Positions 1 through 8,982 of a DNA stretch of 64,000 bases are shown here, piece after piece. Source of the stretch: Candidatus Sumerlaeota bacterium. GTDB taxonomy: Bacteria; Sumerlaeota; Sumerlaeia; Sumerlaeales; Sumerlaeaceae. A program made the translations under genes and the position numbers. The DNA lies in assembly GCA_012513815.1 (NCBI GenBank), contig JAAZBM010000007.1, positions 22,153 to 86,152 of the forward strand, written 5' to 3'. The first letter of the stretch is position 1. Each line of letters starts with the position of its first letter. Under the pieces are notes generated by a model. The model was not told where the DNA came from. It ran no database searches and was given only the letters and a program-made list of their open reading frames with translations.

Positions 1-719
1 CCCTGCACATGAAGAATTCCCAATTCTACGGCAGCGCTACTGTCACCGGCATTGGCGCCTTGCGCAAGTAGCGTCAAGCCACCGGTCGTGTCACCGGCAT
101 CATACTTCAGGCGTCCCAAATTCGACTTCGCACGAACACAACCGGCGGCAATCGCGCGTTCGAGCAACTCCTGCGCCCGAGAAGTATCCGTGGTCACTCC
201 CTCGCCTCGCATCAGCATTCCGCCAAGCGCGTTCATTGACAAACTATCCGAATCGGCAACACCCTTCTCGAAATACTTCGCGGCTTTGACGAAATCCGTC
301 CGCCCACCAATGCCATCGCTGTACGCTAGACCGACACAGTAGGCCAGTGCGCCATTACCGAATTCATCCGCCGAGTCACGAACACGCGACAACACTTCAG
401 AGGCACGGCGACGCGCCAGTGCATAGGTCGTCGTCTTATCTGCCAAACAGCCATAGAGCAACACTGCGGCCGGGTCGCCCATCGCCGCCGAAGATGCCAC
501 CAGTTCCAGAGATTTCACATCATCGATTTTCCCACTGTTGCCGGCGCGCCATGCTAAGCCCGTGCGCAATTGACTACGCGCTTCGGCGTCGTTGCTCGCG
601 ACAAGGTCGGCCAGAGAAACCTCGGCAGCAACACTGCCTGTCGTTTCCTGACTGCCAACAGGATTCGTCAATCCTGCAATAATCAGCAGTGAACCCAAAA
701 GTACACAAGAATAGTTCAT
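1..719 (-). CDS. Sel1-like repeat (SLR) secreted protein, partial (C-terminus lies beyond the window start)
   Basis: Manual minus-strand translation from the ATG at 719-717 gives MNYSCVLLGSLLIIAGLTNPVGSQ, which looks like a signal peptide. I translated the start region and part of the middle (321-359) codon by codon and read the rest by eye, seeing no stop down to nt 1. Sel1 signatures are GNGALAYCVGLAYSDGIGGRTDFVKAAKYFEKG and NALGGMLMRGEGVTTDTSRAQELLERA. It is missing from the ORF track because it has no stop in the window. The + ORFs 52..342 and 347..682 are its antisense shadows. Confidence 0.7.
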   Translation of the reverse strand, partial: MNYSCVLLGSLLIIAGLTNPVGSQETTGSVAAEVSLADLVASNDAEARSQLRTGLAWRAGNSGKIDDVKSLELVASSAAMGDPAAVLLYGCLADKTTTYALARRRASEVLSRVRDSADEFGNGALAYCVGLAYSDGIGGRTDFVKAAKYFEKGVADSDSLSMNALGGMLMRGEGVTTDTSRAQELLERAIAAGCVRAKSNLGRLKYDAGDTTGGLTLLAQGANAGDSSAAVELGILHVQ

Positions 720-747
720 ATCAGATTTTTCCTCTCCGATGAAAAAA

Positions 748-2475
748 CTACATTTGTTCCGGATGTGCAATCCCCAATAAATCCAAGCCAAGCGCTATTG
801 TCCGCGCCGTGGCAGCACATAGAGCCAGACGCGATTCACGTTGGGACGGCTCGCTGTTCAGCACCGGACATTGCTCATAAAACGAATTGTAGCGCTGAGA
901 CAAATCAAACAGATATGTGCAGAGAACGTGAGGTTTCAGTTCGCGAGAAAGCAATGCCAAAACATCGCCCAGACGCAACAACCCGATTGCTAACGAACGC
1001 TCTGTCGGAGTCGACAGCACCACGCGACCACGCAACGCATCGGCTAAGCTCACGCCGCCTTTGCGCAAGATGGAACACACACGGGCATGAGCGTATTGCA
1101 TATAGGGAGCCGTGTTGCCATCCATCGACAACATCTTGTCCCACGAAAATACATAATCGCCTAATCTGTCCATGCACAGGTCGCTGTACTTGACGGCGCC
1201 AATGCCGACGGCGACGGAAATCGCCCGCTTGTGCTCCTCTGTCATGTCGCCACTTTTCTGCGAAACCATTTCATAGGCGCGAGTCTCCGCCTCATCGAGC
1301 AAATCAGTCAGCTTGACGGTTTCGCCACTGCGCGTCTTGAACGGTTTGCGATCTTCGCCCAACATCGTGCCAAAAGGCGCGTGCTCCAACCGAGTGTCTT
1401 TGGCCCAACCGGCACGGCGGGCGGTGTCGAACACCATCGCGAAATGCTGTGCTTGCCGAGAATCGGTGCAGTAGATGCAGCGATTGGCGTGTAACTGCTC
1501 CGAGCGATAGCGAATAGCAGCCAAATCCGTCGTCGCGTACAAATAGCCGCCGCCTGTCTTGCGAATAATCAACGGCGTATCGTAACCGGGAACATTGACG
1601 ACGATTGCGCCTTCGCTCTCCGTCGCCAGCCCCTGCGCCAGCAAATCCGTGACTACGCTCTCAAGCATCGGATTATAGAACGATTCGCCGCACTCATCCT
1701 CGGGACGTAAGCTGACATTCAGTCGCTCGTACAAGGGTTGATAATGGCGACGTGATTCCGCGACGATGCGCCGCCATGCTGCCAAAACTTCCGGGTCACC
1801 CGCCTGCAAGCGAACAACCGTAGCCCGTGATTCTTCCTGAAAATCCTTATCCTCATCGAAACACTTTTTGGCTTCGCGATAGAAATGCTCAAGGTCAGCG
1901 ATGTGCGCCTCGCTGCCAATCGACGACCGACGCAACCACGAGATGAGCATCCCGAACTGTGTGCCCCAATCGCCAATGTGATTCTGACGAATGACATGAT
2001 GCCCCTCGAACTCCAGAACACGCGCAATCGCGTCGCCAATGATGGTCGAACGCAAATGCCCAACGTGCATCTGTTTGGCAACATTGGGGCTGCTGTAGTC
2101 GACCACAACGGTCTGCGATTCCGCCGCCACCGGCACACCCAGATGAGCGTCGTTATCCGCGGATTCGATGGCTTGTGACAACCATGATGAGGACAATTTG
2201 AAATTGATAAAGCCGGGACCGGCAATACTCACCTGCTCGATCATTTCATTAGGTTCGAGCATCGAGACAATTTTCTCCGCAATTTGACGAGGGTTGGCCT
2301 TGCTTCCCTGAGCGGCACTCACCGCCCCTGTCAAGCCCATAGCCGCATTGGCCTGATAATCGCCAAATCTCTCGTTGGTCGCCACCGTAACCACGGCATC
2401 CGCATCAATACCATAAGCCGACTTAATGCCGGCGCGAACATAAGCGTCAAGTTGTTGCAAAACGGGCAACATCAT
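748..2475 (-). CDS. argS: Arginine--tRNA ligase
   Basis: Class I aaRS HIGH region is PNVAKQMHVGHLRS, followed by DWGTQFGM. The C-terminal DALR anticodon-binding region is KPHVLCTYLFDLSQRYNSFYE. I moved the start to ATG 2475 (MMLPVLQQ, GGAGAA upstream) because 2496-2532 of the longer ORF holds the rpmB terminator hairpin. Confidence 0.95.
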   Translation of the reverse strand: MMLPVLQQLDAYVRAGIKSAYGIDADAVVTVATNERFGDYQANAAMGLTGAVSAAQGSKANPRQIAEKIVSMLEPNEMIEQVSIAGPGFINFKLSSSWLSQAIESADNDAHLGVPVAAESQTVVVDYSSPNVAKQMHVGHLRSTIIGDAIARVLEFEGHHVIRQNHIGDWGTQFGMLISWLRRSSIGSEAHIADLEHFYREAKKCFDEDKDFQEESRATVVRLQAGDPEVLAAWRRIVAESRRHYQPLYERLNVSLRPEDECGESFYNPMLESVVTDLLAQGLATESEGAIVVNVPGYDTPLIIRKTGGGYLYATTDLAAIRYRSEQLHANRCIYCTDSRQAQHFAMVFDTARRAGWAKDTRLEHAPFGTMLGEDRKPFKTRSGETVKLTDLLDEAETRAYEMVSQKSGDMTEEHKRAISVAVGIGAVKYSDLCMDRLGDYVFSWDKMLSMDGNTAPYMQYAHARVCSILRKGGVSLADALRGRVVLSTPTERSLAIGLLRLGDVLALLSRELKPHVLCTYLFDLSQRYNSFYEQCPVLNSEPSQRESRLALCAATARTIALGLDLLGIAHPEQM

Positions 2476-2495
2476 TTTCTCCAAGTTTAGATTGA

Positions 2496-2532
2496 TAAAA
2501 AAAACGCCGTCTGCAAACATGGCATGACGGCG
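2496..2532 (-). terminator. Rho-independent terminator downstream of rpmB
   Basis: On the minus strand, stem CGCCGTC/GACGGCG (2505-2511 / 2526-2532) is followed by a run of 9 T (the A-run 2496-2504 on plus). A second palindromic hairpin AAAAGCAT/ATGCTTTT sits at 2547-2569, directly after the rpmB stop. Confidence 0.65.
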
Positions 2533-2574
2533 CAATACTTTTATAGAAAAGCATCATAAGAATGCTTTTGTCAA

Positions 2575-2766
2575 TCAGACAGCCTTCTCAATGCGACCGC
2601 TCTTGATGCAGTTCGCGCAGACAACCTGACGGACTGTTCCGCCGTTGGCAGCCTTCACGCGAATTTTCTGAAGATTGGGCATGAAACGACGCTTTGTGCG
2701 ATTGTTCGAGTGACTGACATTGTTGCCAACCGTCGGGCCTTTGCCGCAGACTTCACACTTTGCCAT
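2575..2766 (-). CDS. rpmB: 50S ribosomal protein L28
   Basis: The 63-aa product [33 protein letters not shown] is the canonical L28 N-terminus. Confidence 0.95.
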   Translation of the reverse strand: MAKCEVCGKGPTVGNNVSHSNNRTKRRFMPNLQKIRVKAANGGTVRQVVCANCIKSGRIEKAV

Positions 2767-2941
2767 TGTTCTAATTCCTCATTATTATTCTTTAATTGTC
2801 ATCTTGTGATAGCATCACGCGAACAAACGCGTCACACCTTATGCACAATGCTTCTCATATTGATAAGCATACATGCGACTTTATAAATAGGCAACAAGAA
2901 CCGTTCTTATTCAAAAGAACTTTTCACTTCCTGTCAATTCC

Positions 2942-3895
<954 letters not shown>

Positions 3896-3987
3896 TTATG
3901 AAGCACTCGTTTATCTGTGCATTAAGCAACATTTACAACTACAATGAGAAAAATCTTGACATTATATGAAAAAAGTGCATATTTATA

Positions 3988-4017
3988 TTGAATGTAAAAG
4001 TCATAAAATCGTAGTAT
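3988..4017 (+). promoter_or_regulatory. Candidate sigma70-type promoter for tRNA-Ser
   Basis: TTGAAT (3988-3993), an 18-nt spacer, then TAGTAT (4012-4017). This lies about 15 nt upstream of the tRNA 5' end in an AT-rich stretch. The call is sequence pattern only. Confidence 0.3.
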
Positions 4018-4031
4018 TTTTGGCAACTGAT

Positions 4032-4124
<93 letters not shown>

Positions 4125-4265
4125 CTGTTACTACTGTCATTTTTCCTTTTTCTCATGCACACCAAACCATTGTGTCTGTGTCATTGAGCGGAAGTGACAA
4201 ATGACATGCTGTTCGAATTTCGGGGGTGTCACGTGATTACGAATGGCGCATGCAGTACTTTGATT

Positions 4266-4327
4266 GGGAATGAAATTCTCCCACGGCTTCGACCGAAACC
4301 GCCATGTTTGTGGCTAATGAATTCTAC
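4266..4327 (+). ncRNA. Fluoride riboswitch (crcB motif)
   Basis: The sequence GGGAAUGAAAUUCUCCCA...AAACCGCCAUGUUUGUGGCUAAUGAAUUCUAC lines up with the recalled Thermotoga fluoride aptamer GGGCGAUGAGGCCCGCCCAAACUGCCCUGAAAAGGGCUGAUGGCCUCUAC. The self-complementary pseudoknot pair GAAUUC replaces GGCC. It sits directly upstream of crcB. Confidence 0.8.
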
Positions 4328-4357
4328 ATAACATTATTATTTTATGGAGTGTTTGTT

Positions 4358-4720
4358 ATGATAGAATGTTTATGCGTCGGTCTGGGCGGATTTATCGGGT
4401 CAGTCTGCCGATACCTGATGTACCTGATTCCGGTCACCAACAAAACCAATTTCCCATTTGTCACTTTGCTCATCAACGTCCTCGGGGCATTCGCGCTCGG
4501 GATGATTGTCGCTCTCACGCAGAACAAGAACATCGACCCACGCATCATGCTCATGCTGAAAATTGGGATTTGTGGCGGCTTCACGACTTTCTCGACATTT
4601 GCGTTCGAGACTTTCGACATGCTCCAAAGAGGCGAAGTCTTCAACACGCTTGCCTATGCCACAGGCAGCACTCTGTTTTGTGTTGGCGCCATCTTTGCGG
4701 CAAAAGCCATCGCCGGCTAA
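4358..4720 (+). CDS. crcB: Fluoride ion channel CrcB/FluC
   Basis: MIECLCVGLGGFIGSVCRYL and GICGGFTTFSTFAFE are CrcB signatures in a product of about 120 aa with 4 TM segments. GGAG sits 8 nt before ATG 4358. The ORF-track start at 4304 lies inside the riboswitch. Confidence 0.92.
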   Translation: MIECLCVGLGGFIGSVCRYLMYLIPVTNKTNFPFVTLLINVLGAFALGMIVALTQNKNIDPRIMLMLKIGICGGFTTFSTFAFETFDMLQRGEVFNTLAYATGSTLFCVGAIFAAKAIAG

Positions 4721-4786
4721 TCCACACACCGTTTTTTTTCGTTTTATACGCGACCATTGCTGTAATTATGTAATTGTGATAGACTT

Positions 4787-5971
4787 ATGGAACAGTTTGA
4801 TTTTACAACTTTGATTAATCGCGGGAATGCGGGCGCCGTCAAATGGCAACGCCGCACTCAGCAAGAAAAAGACGCACATATTATTGCTCTCTCAATAGCC
4901 GACATGGAACTTCCTGTCGCGCCATGTATTCGCGAAGCCATCATCAGAGCCGCCGATGGTGTCTATGGATACACGAACCCCGACGAACCTTATTTTGCGG
5001 CCGTTCGCGGATGGATGGAGCGGCGGCATCACTGGTCGGGAATCCAAAATGATTGGATTGTGTGCACCAACGGTGTTGTTCCTGCGCTCAATTTCGCTAT
5101 TCGCGCATTTACCAAACCCGGCGAAGGAGTCATGATTCAGCCGCCTGTCTATGGACCATTCGCCAAGAGTATTCTGACGAATGAGCGTCTGCTTGTCGAG
5201 AATTCACTCGTTTTTGATGACACGGGTTATCACATGGACTTTGATGACTTTGAGTCCAAAGCCGCCGACCCCAACACGAAGTTGTTTCTCCTGTGCAGTC
5301 CGCATAATCCTGTTGCGCGTATCTGGAAGCGCAATGAGTTGGAACGCATCGCGGAGATTTGCCTCAAGCATCATGTGCTGCTTGTCTCGGATGAAATCCA
5401 CGGGGATTTTGACTACGACGGCAAGCACATCACTATGGCGACAGTCTCGCCGGACATCGCGAACAACTGCATTATCTGCACCTCGACAGGCAAAACCTTT
5501 AACCTTGCAGGGCTACAGCTCTCCAACACGATCATTCCGAATCCTGTGTTGCGCGAACAGTTTCGCAACCAGATAAGCATCACCGGTTGTAGCAACATTC
5601 CTTACTTCGGGTACGCGGCAACCATCGCCGCCTACAACGACGGCGAACCATGGTTTGACGCACTCCTGAAGCACTTGCGTGACAACGCCGACTATCTCGA
5701 AGAATTCCTCACCGCTCACTTTCCGCAAGTGCGGTTGTTCCCCCTCGAAGGCACCTACCTCGCTTGGATGGATTGGCGCAGCTTAGGGTTATCGCCGGAG
5801 GAACTTGCGATTTTCATGCGCAAAAAAGCAGGACTCATCCTTGGCGAGGGCACGATGTTTGGCAAACAAGGCGCAGGATTCGAACGCATCAACCTCGCGG
5901 CGCCACGTGCCATTATCTGTGATGCTCTCGAACGTCTAAGGGTTGCCGCCAAAAGCGAAGGACTTATCTAA
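4787..5971 (+). CDS. PLP-dependent C-S lyase / aminotransferase class I-II (PatB/MalY family cystathionine beta-lyase-like)
   Basis: Motifs seen are SIADMELPVAP, CSPHNPVARIW, LVSDEIHGDF and STGKTFNLAGLQ (the PLP-lysine motif). Length is 394 aa. Confidence 0.85.
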   Translation: MEQFDFTTLINRGNAGAVKWQRRTQQEKDAHIIALSIADMELPVAPCIREAIIRAADGVYGYTNPDEPYFAAVRGWMERRHHWSGIQNDWIVCTNGVVPALNFAIRAFTKPGEGVMIQPPVYGPFAKSILTNERLLVENSLVFDDTGYHMDFDDFESKAADPNTKLFLLCSPHNPVARIWKRNELERIAEICLKHHVLLVSDEIHGDFDYDGKHITMATVSPDIANNCIICTSTGKTFNLAGLQLSNTIIPNPVLREQFRNQISITGCSNIPYFGYAATIAAYNDGEPWFDALLKHLRDNADYLEEFLTAHFPQVRLFPLEGTYLAWMDWRSLGLSPEELAIFMRKKAGLILGEGTMFGKQGAGFERINLAAPRAIICDALERLRVAAKSEGLI

Positions 5972-6480
5972 ATCCAGCGCTCGTCGCGGCTTTCTACGGC
6001 CCGACCTTCGCGCAAACTGGCAGGAACATCAATGACGCGCTGATTCTCGGAACCCATGAATCGCAAACCAAGATTGCGCCTCGCCATGATGAATTCGCCA
6101 TCAACGAGGACATCTGCCAACGACAGCAACGCATACCGGTCGCTTGTCGTGTCCGCGGCCAATTCCTCGAACACTGACCCGCTGTACAGCGCCAGTTCCA
6201 GCCCAAGTTCCTTGATGCTACGAGCAAACTCAAGCAGCGCGCCCGCCTGTTCAAATGGTTCGCCGCCGGAGATCGTCACGCCTCGCAGCAAGGGGTTGCC
6301 GCGAATCTCGGACAGCATGGCCGCAACATCCGCTTCGCGCCCGCCCGCCGGATCCCACGTCGACGGGTTATGACAGCCCTCGCAATGGCGATGACATCCC
6401 TGCACAAATACCGTATAGCGGTATCCCGGGCCATCCGTGATGGACTCCCCCACAACCCCGGCAATACGCAGAGACATCAT
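5968..6480 (-). CDS. nrdG: Anaerobic ribonucleoside-triphosphate reductase activating protein (radical SAM)
   Basis: DGPGYRYTVFVQGCHRHCEGCHNP contains the CxxxCxxC cluster. The start overlaps the nrdD stop (ATGATG/TGA at 6475-6480). Confidence 0.92.
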   Translation of the reverse strand: MMSLRIAGVVGESITDGPGYRYTVFVQGCHRHCEGCHNPSTWDPAGGREADVAAMLSEIRGNPLLRGVTISGGEPFEQAGALLEFARSIKELGLELALYSGSVFEELAADTTSDRYALLSLADVLVDGEFIMARRNLGLRFMGSENQRVIDVPASLREGRAVESRDERWI

Positions 6481-8801
6481 GACAATCCATGTTTTACGCG
6501 GTCGTGTTCTTCGGCACGCTTGGCATCGTTGAAACGGTCGAGTGTCCCAACCAAATAGCCTGTGATGCGCCGAATCCGGTCAAACTTTGCTTTGCCGTCA
6601 TCCTCGCGACGACCGCAGCCCGGGCAGGTCTCGTTGATAATCCCCGTGTAACCGCAAACCGGGTCGCGGTCAACCGGATGATTAATCGAGCCATACCCGA
6701 CATTCGCGTCATGCATCGCGCGAACAACAGACTCAAAGGCTTCCAGATTCTTCGACGGGTCGCCATCCATCTCGATGTAGGTGATGTGTCCGGCATTCGT
6801 CAGCGCGTGATAAGGGCCCTCGATTTTGATTTTCTCGTGCGCCGAAATGTCGTAGTAAACCGGAACATGGAAACTGTTGGTGTAGTATTTGCGGTCGGTG
6901 ACGCCGGGAATGCTGCCGTATTTTTTGCGATCCATCGCCACGAACCGTCCCGCCAAACCCTCGGCCGGAGTTGCCAGCAGCGTAAAGTTCATTTGTAACT
7001 CGCGGCTTTTTTTGTCGCAAAAATCACGCATGAAACGCACGATTTCCAACCCGAGATTTCGGGCCTGTTGCGTCTCGCCATGGTGGCTGCCAATGAGCGA
7101 CTTGAGTGTCTCGGCTAGGCCGATAAATCCAATCGACAGTGTGCCGTGGCGCAGCACCTCGCCAACCTCGTCGTTGATGCCAAGTTTGTCAGACCCCAAC
7201 CACAGCCCCTGCCCCATCAGGAACGGGAAGTTCCGCACACGCTTTTTGCTCTGGATATGGTAGCGATCCATCAGTTGTTTGGCGACAAGCTCAAGTTTGT
7301 TCTCGAGATCCGCGAAAAATCGATCCAGATTTCCGTGGGCGTTAATGGCGATGCGCGGCAGATTAATCGATGTGAAACTCAAGTTGCCGCGCCCGGTCAC
7401 AATTTCGTTGTCGCGGTCGTAAACATTGCCAATCACCCGTGTCCGGCAGCCCATATAGGCGACCTCGGTTTCGGGGTGTCCCTCGCGGTAGTACTGCAGA
7501 TTGAACGGCGCATCCATGAATGAGAAATTCGGGAAAAGGCGCTTGGCACTCACACGGCATGCCAATTTGAACAAATCATAGTTCGGCTCGCCCGTGTTGT
7601 AATTGATACCTTCTTTCACGCGGAAAATATGGATGGGGAATATGGCGGTCTCGCCGCATCCCAAACCGGCCTCAGTCGCCAACAACACATTCTTGGTCAC
7701 CATGCGCCCCTCGGGACTGCAATCCAGACCATAGTTGATTGACGAAAAAGGCACCTGTGCCCCGCAACGGCTGTGCATCGTGTTCAGATTATGAACCAGC
7801 GCTTCCATGGCCTGATACGTCGCCTTGTCGGTCTCGGCGGTTGCCTTCTCGACAGCGAACACCTGCACACGGCTCAGCACATTTTTGTCCGTGATAAAGT
7901 GGCTCAACACTTCCGCCTCGGCCTGCAGATAGTCATCGTTCGCGCCAAGCCGCGGAGACAGATTCGTCCGTTTATGGATATCGTCAGACAACTCCTTGAG
8001 TTTCTCGTGCGTCAACCCACTCTCGGGACACAGCAGCTCCACCGCACGGCTCAGCAACAGCAGATAGCGCTTGCGATAAGTCTTGGCGACACCAGGAGCG
8101 AGGCCATAATCAAATGAAGGAATGCTCTGGCCGCCATGTTGGTCGTTCTGGTTTGCCTGAATCGCGATACATGCCAGTGCCGCGTAACTCTGAATATCGT
8201 TTGGCTCGCGCAAATATCCATGGCCAGTCGAGAATCCATCCTTGAATAGCTTCAGGATGTCAATCTGACAACAGGTCGTCGTCAGGCCGTAGAAATCGAA
8301 GTCGTGAATATGAATATCGCCTTCCGAATGCGCTTTGTCTTGCTCCGGGGTCAACAAGCTACGCGAATAGTAATCCTTTGCGCCTTCCGAGCCATACTTG
8401 AGCATCATACCCATCGCCGTGTCGCCGTCGATGTTGGCGTTATCACGCTTCATGTCGCTCGACAGGGCATCCTTGAAGGTCAATTCGTCATAAATCTTCA
8501 TAAGTCGTGTGTTCTGAACACGAACCTTGGTACGCTCCGCCCGATACAAAATATAGGTCTTGGCGACTAGCGCAAAACCGTTTTCCATCAGGACAGTTTC
8601 CACGATGTCCTGAACTTGTTCCACGCCCGGGTCGGTGTCAGGGAACTGCGCAAACAGAGCTTCCTCCACTAATTTAGCAATCCGCACACTCTCTTCTTTG
8701 TCAGTACGCCCACAGGCAAACATGGCCTTGGCGATGGCATCCGCAATCTTCTCATTATGGTACGCCACAACACGTCCATCACGCTTGATAATGTTCTTCA
8801 T
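6477..8801 (-). CDS. nrdD: Anaerobic ribonucleoside-triphosphate reductase (class III)
   Basis: An N-terminal ATP-cone is present (MKNIIKRDGRVVAYHNEKIADAI). The C-terminus carries the Zn-ribbon CGYTG..CPGCG and the glycyl-radical motif RIRRITGYLVG. Length is 774 aa. Confidence 0.96.
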   Translation of the reverse strand: MKNIIKRDGRVVAYHNEKIADAIAKAMFACGRTDKEESVRIAKLVEEALFAQFPDTDPGVEQVQDIVETVLMENGFALVAKTYILYRAERTKVRVQNTRLMKIYDELTFKDALSSDMKRDNANIDGDTAMGMMLKYGSEGAKDYYSRSLLTPEQDKAHSEGDIHIHDFDFYGLTTTCCQIDILKLFKDGFSTGHGYLREPNDIQSYAALACIAIQANQNDQHGGQSIPSFDYGLAPGVAKTYRKRYLLLLSRAVELLCPESGLTHEKLKELSDDIHKRTNLSPRLGANDDYLQAEAEVLSHFITDKNVLSRVQVFAVEKATAETDKATYQAMEALVHNLNTMHSRCGAQVPFSSINYGLDCSPEGRMVTKNVLLATEAGLGCGETAIFPIHIFRVKEGINYNTGEPNYDLFKLACRVSAKRLFPNFSFMDAPFNLQYYREGHPETEVAYMGCRTRVIGNVYDRDNEIVTGRGNLSFTSINLPRIAINAHGNLDRFFADLENKLELVAKQLMDRYHIQSKKRVRNFPFLMGQGLWLGSDKLGINDEVGEVLRHGTLSIGFIGLAETLKSLIGSHHGETQQARNLGLEIVRFMRDFCDKKSRELQMNFTLLATPAEGLAGRFVAMDRKKYGSIPGVTDRKYYTNSFHVPVYYDISAHEKIKIEGPYHALTNAGHITYIEMDGDPSKNLEAFESVVRAMHDANVGYGSINHPVDRDPVCGYTGIINETCPGCGRREDDGKAKFDRIRRITGYLVGTLDRFNDAKRAEEHDRVKHGLS

Positions 8802-8982
8802 TATGAGTCTTCAGTCAGTTATTATTTTATCTTCCATCAATATATGGTATGTCTAACGACTAATAATTGCCATATCTTGAAGGTGGAATATATATAGCAT
8901 GAGCCCTGTCAAAAATTCTTCAGGTTTTTATGCGGAAATTATACGGGCGTTATCGCTGTGTATCGGTGTCGTTTTGGTGGGA

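Noticed and set aside
52-682. Two + strand ORFs (96 and 111 aa) at the window start
   Set aside because: They are Pro/Arg/Ser-rich shadows of the minus-strand Sel1-repeat gene, which has a signal peptide and repeat signatures.
4304-4357. The upstream ATG start for crcB given by the ORF track
   Set aside because: It lies inside the fluoride riboswitch aptamer. ATG 4358 has a GGAG SD and yields a CrcB protein of canonical length.
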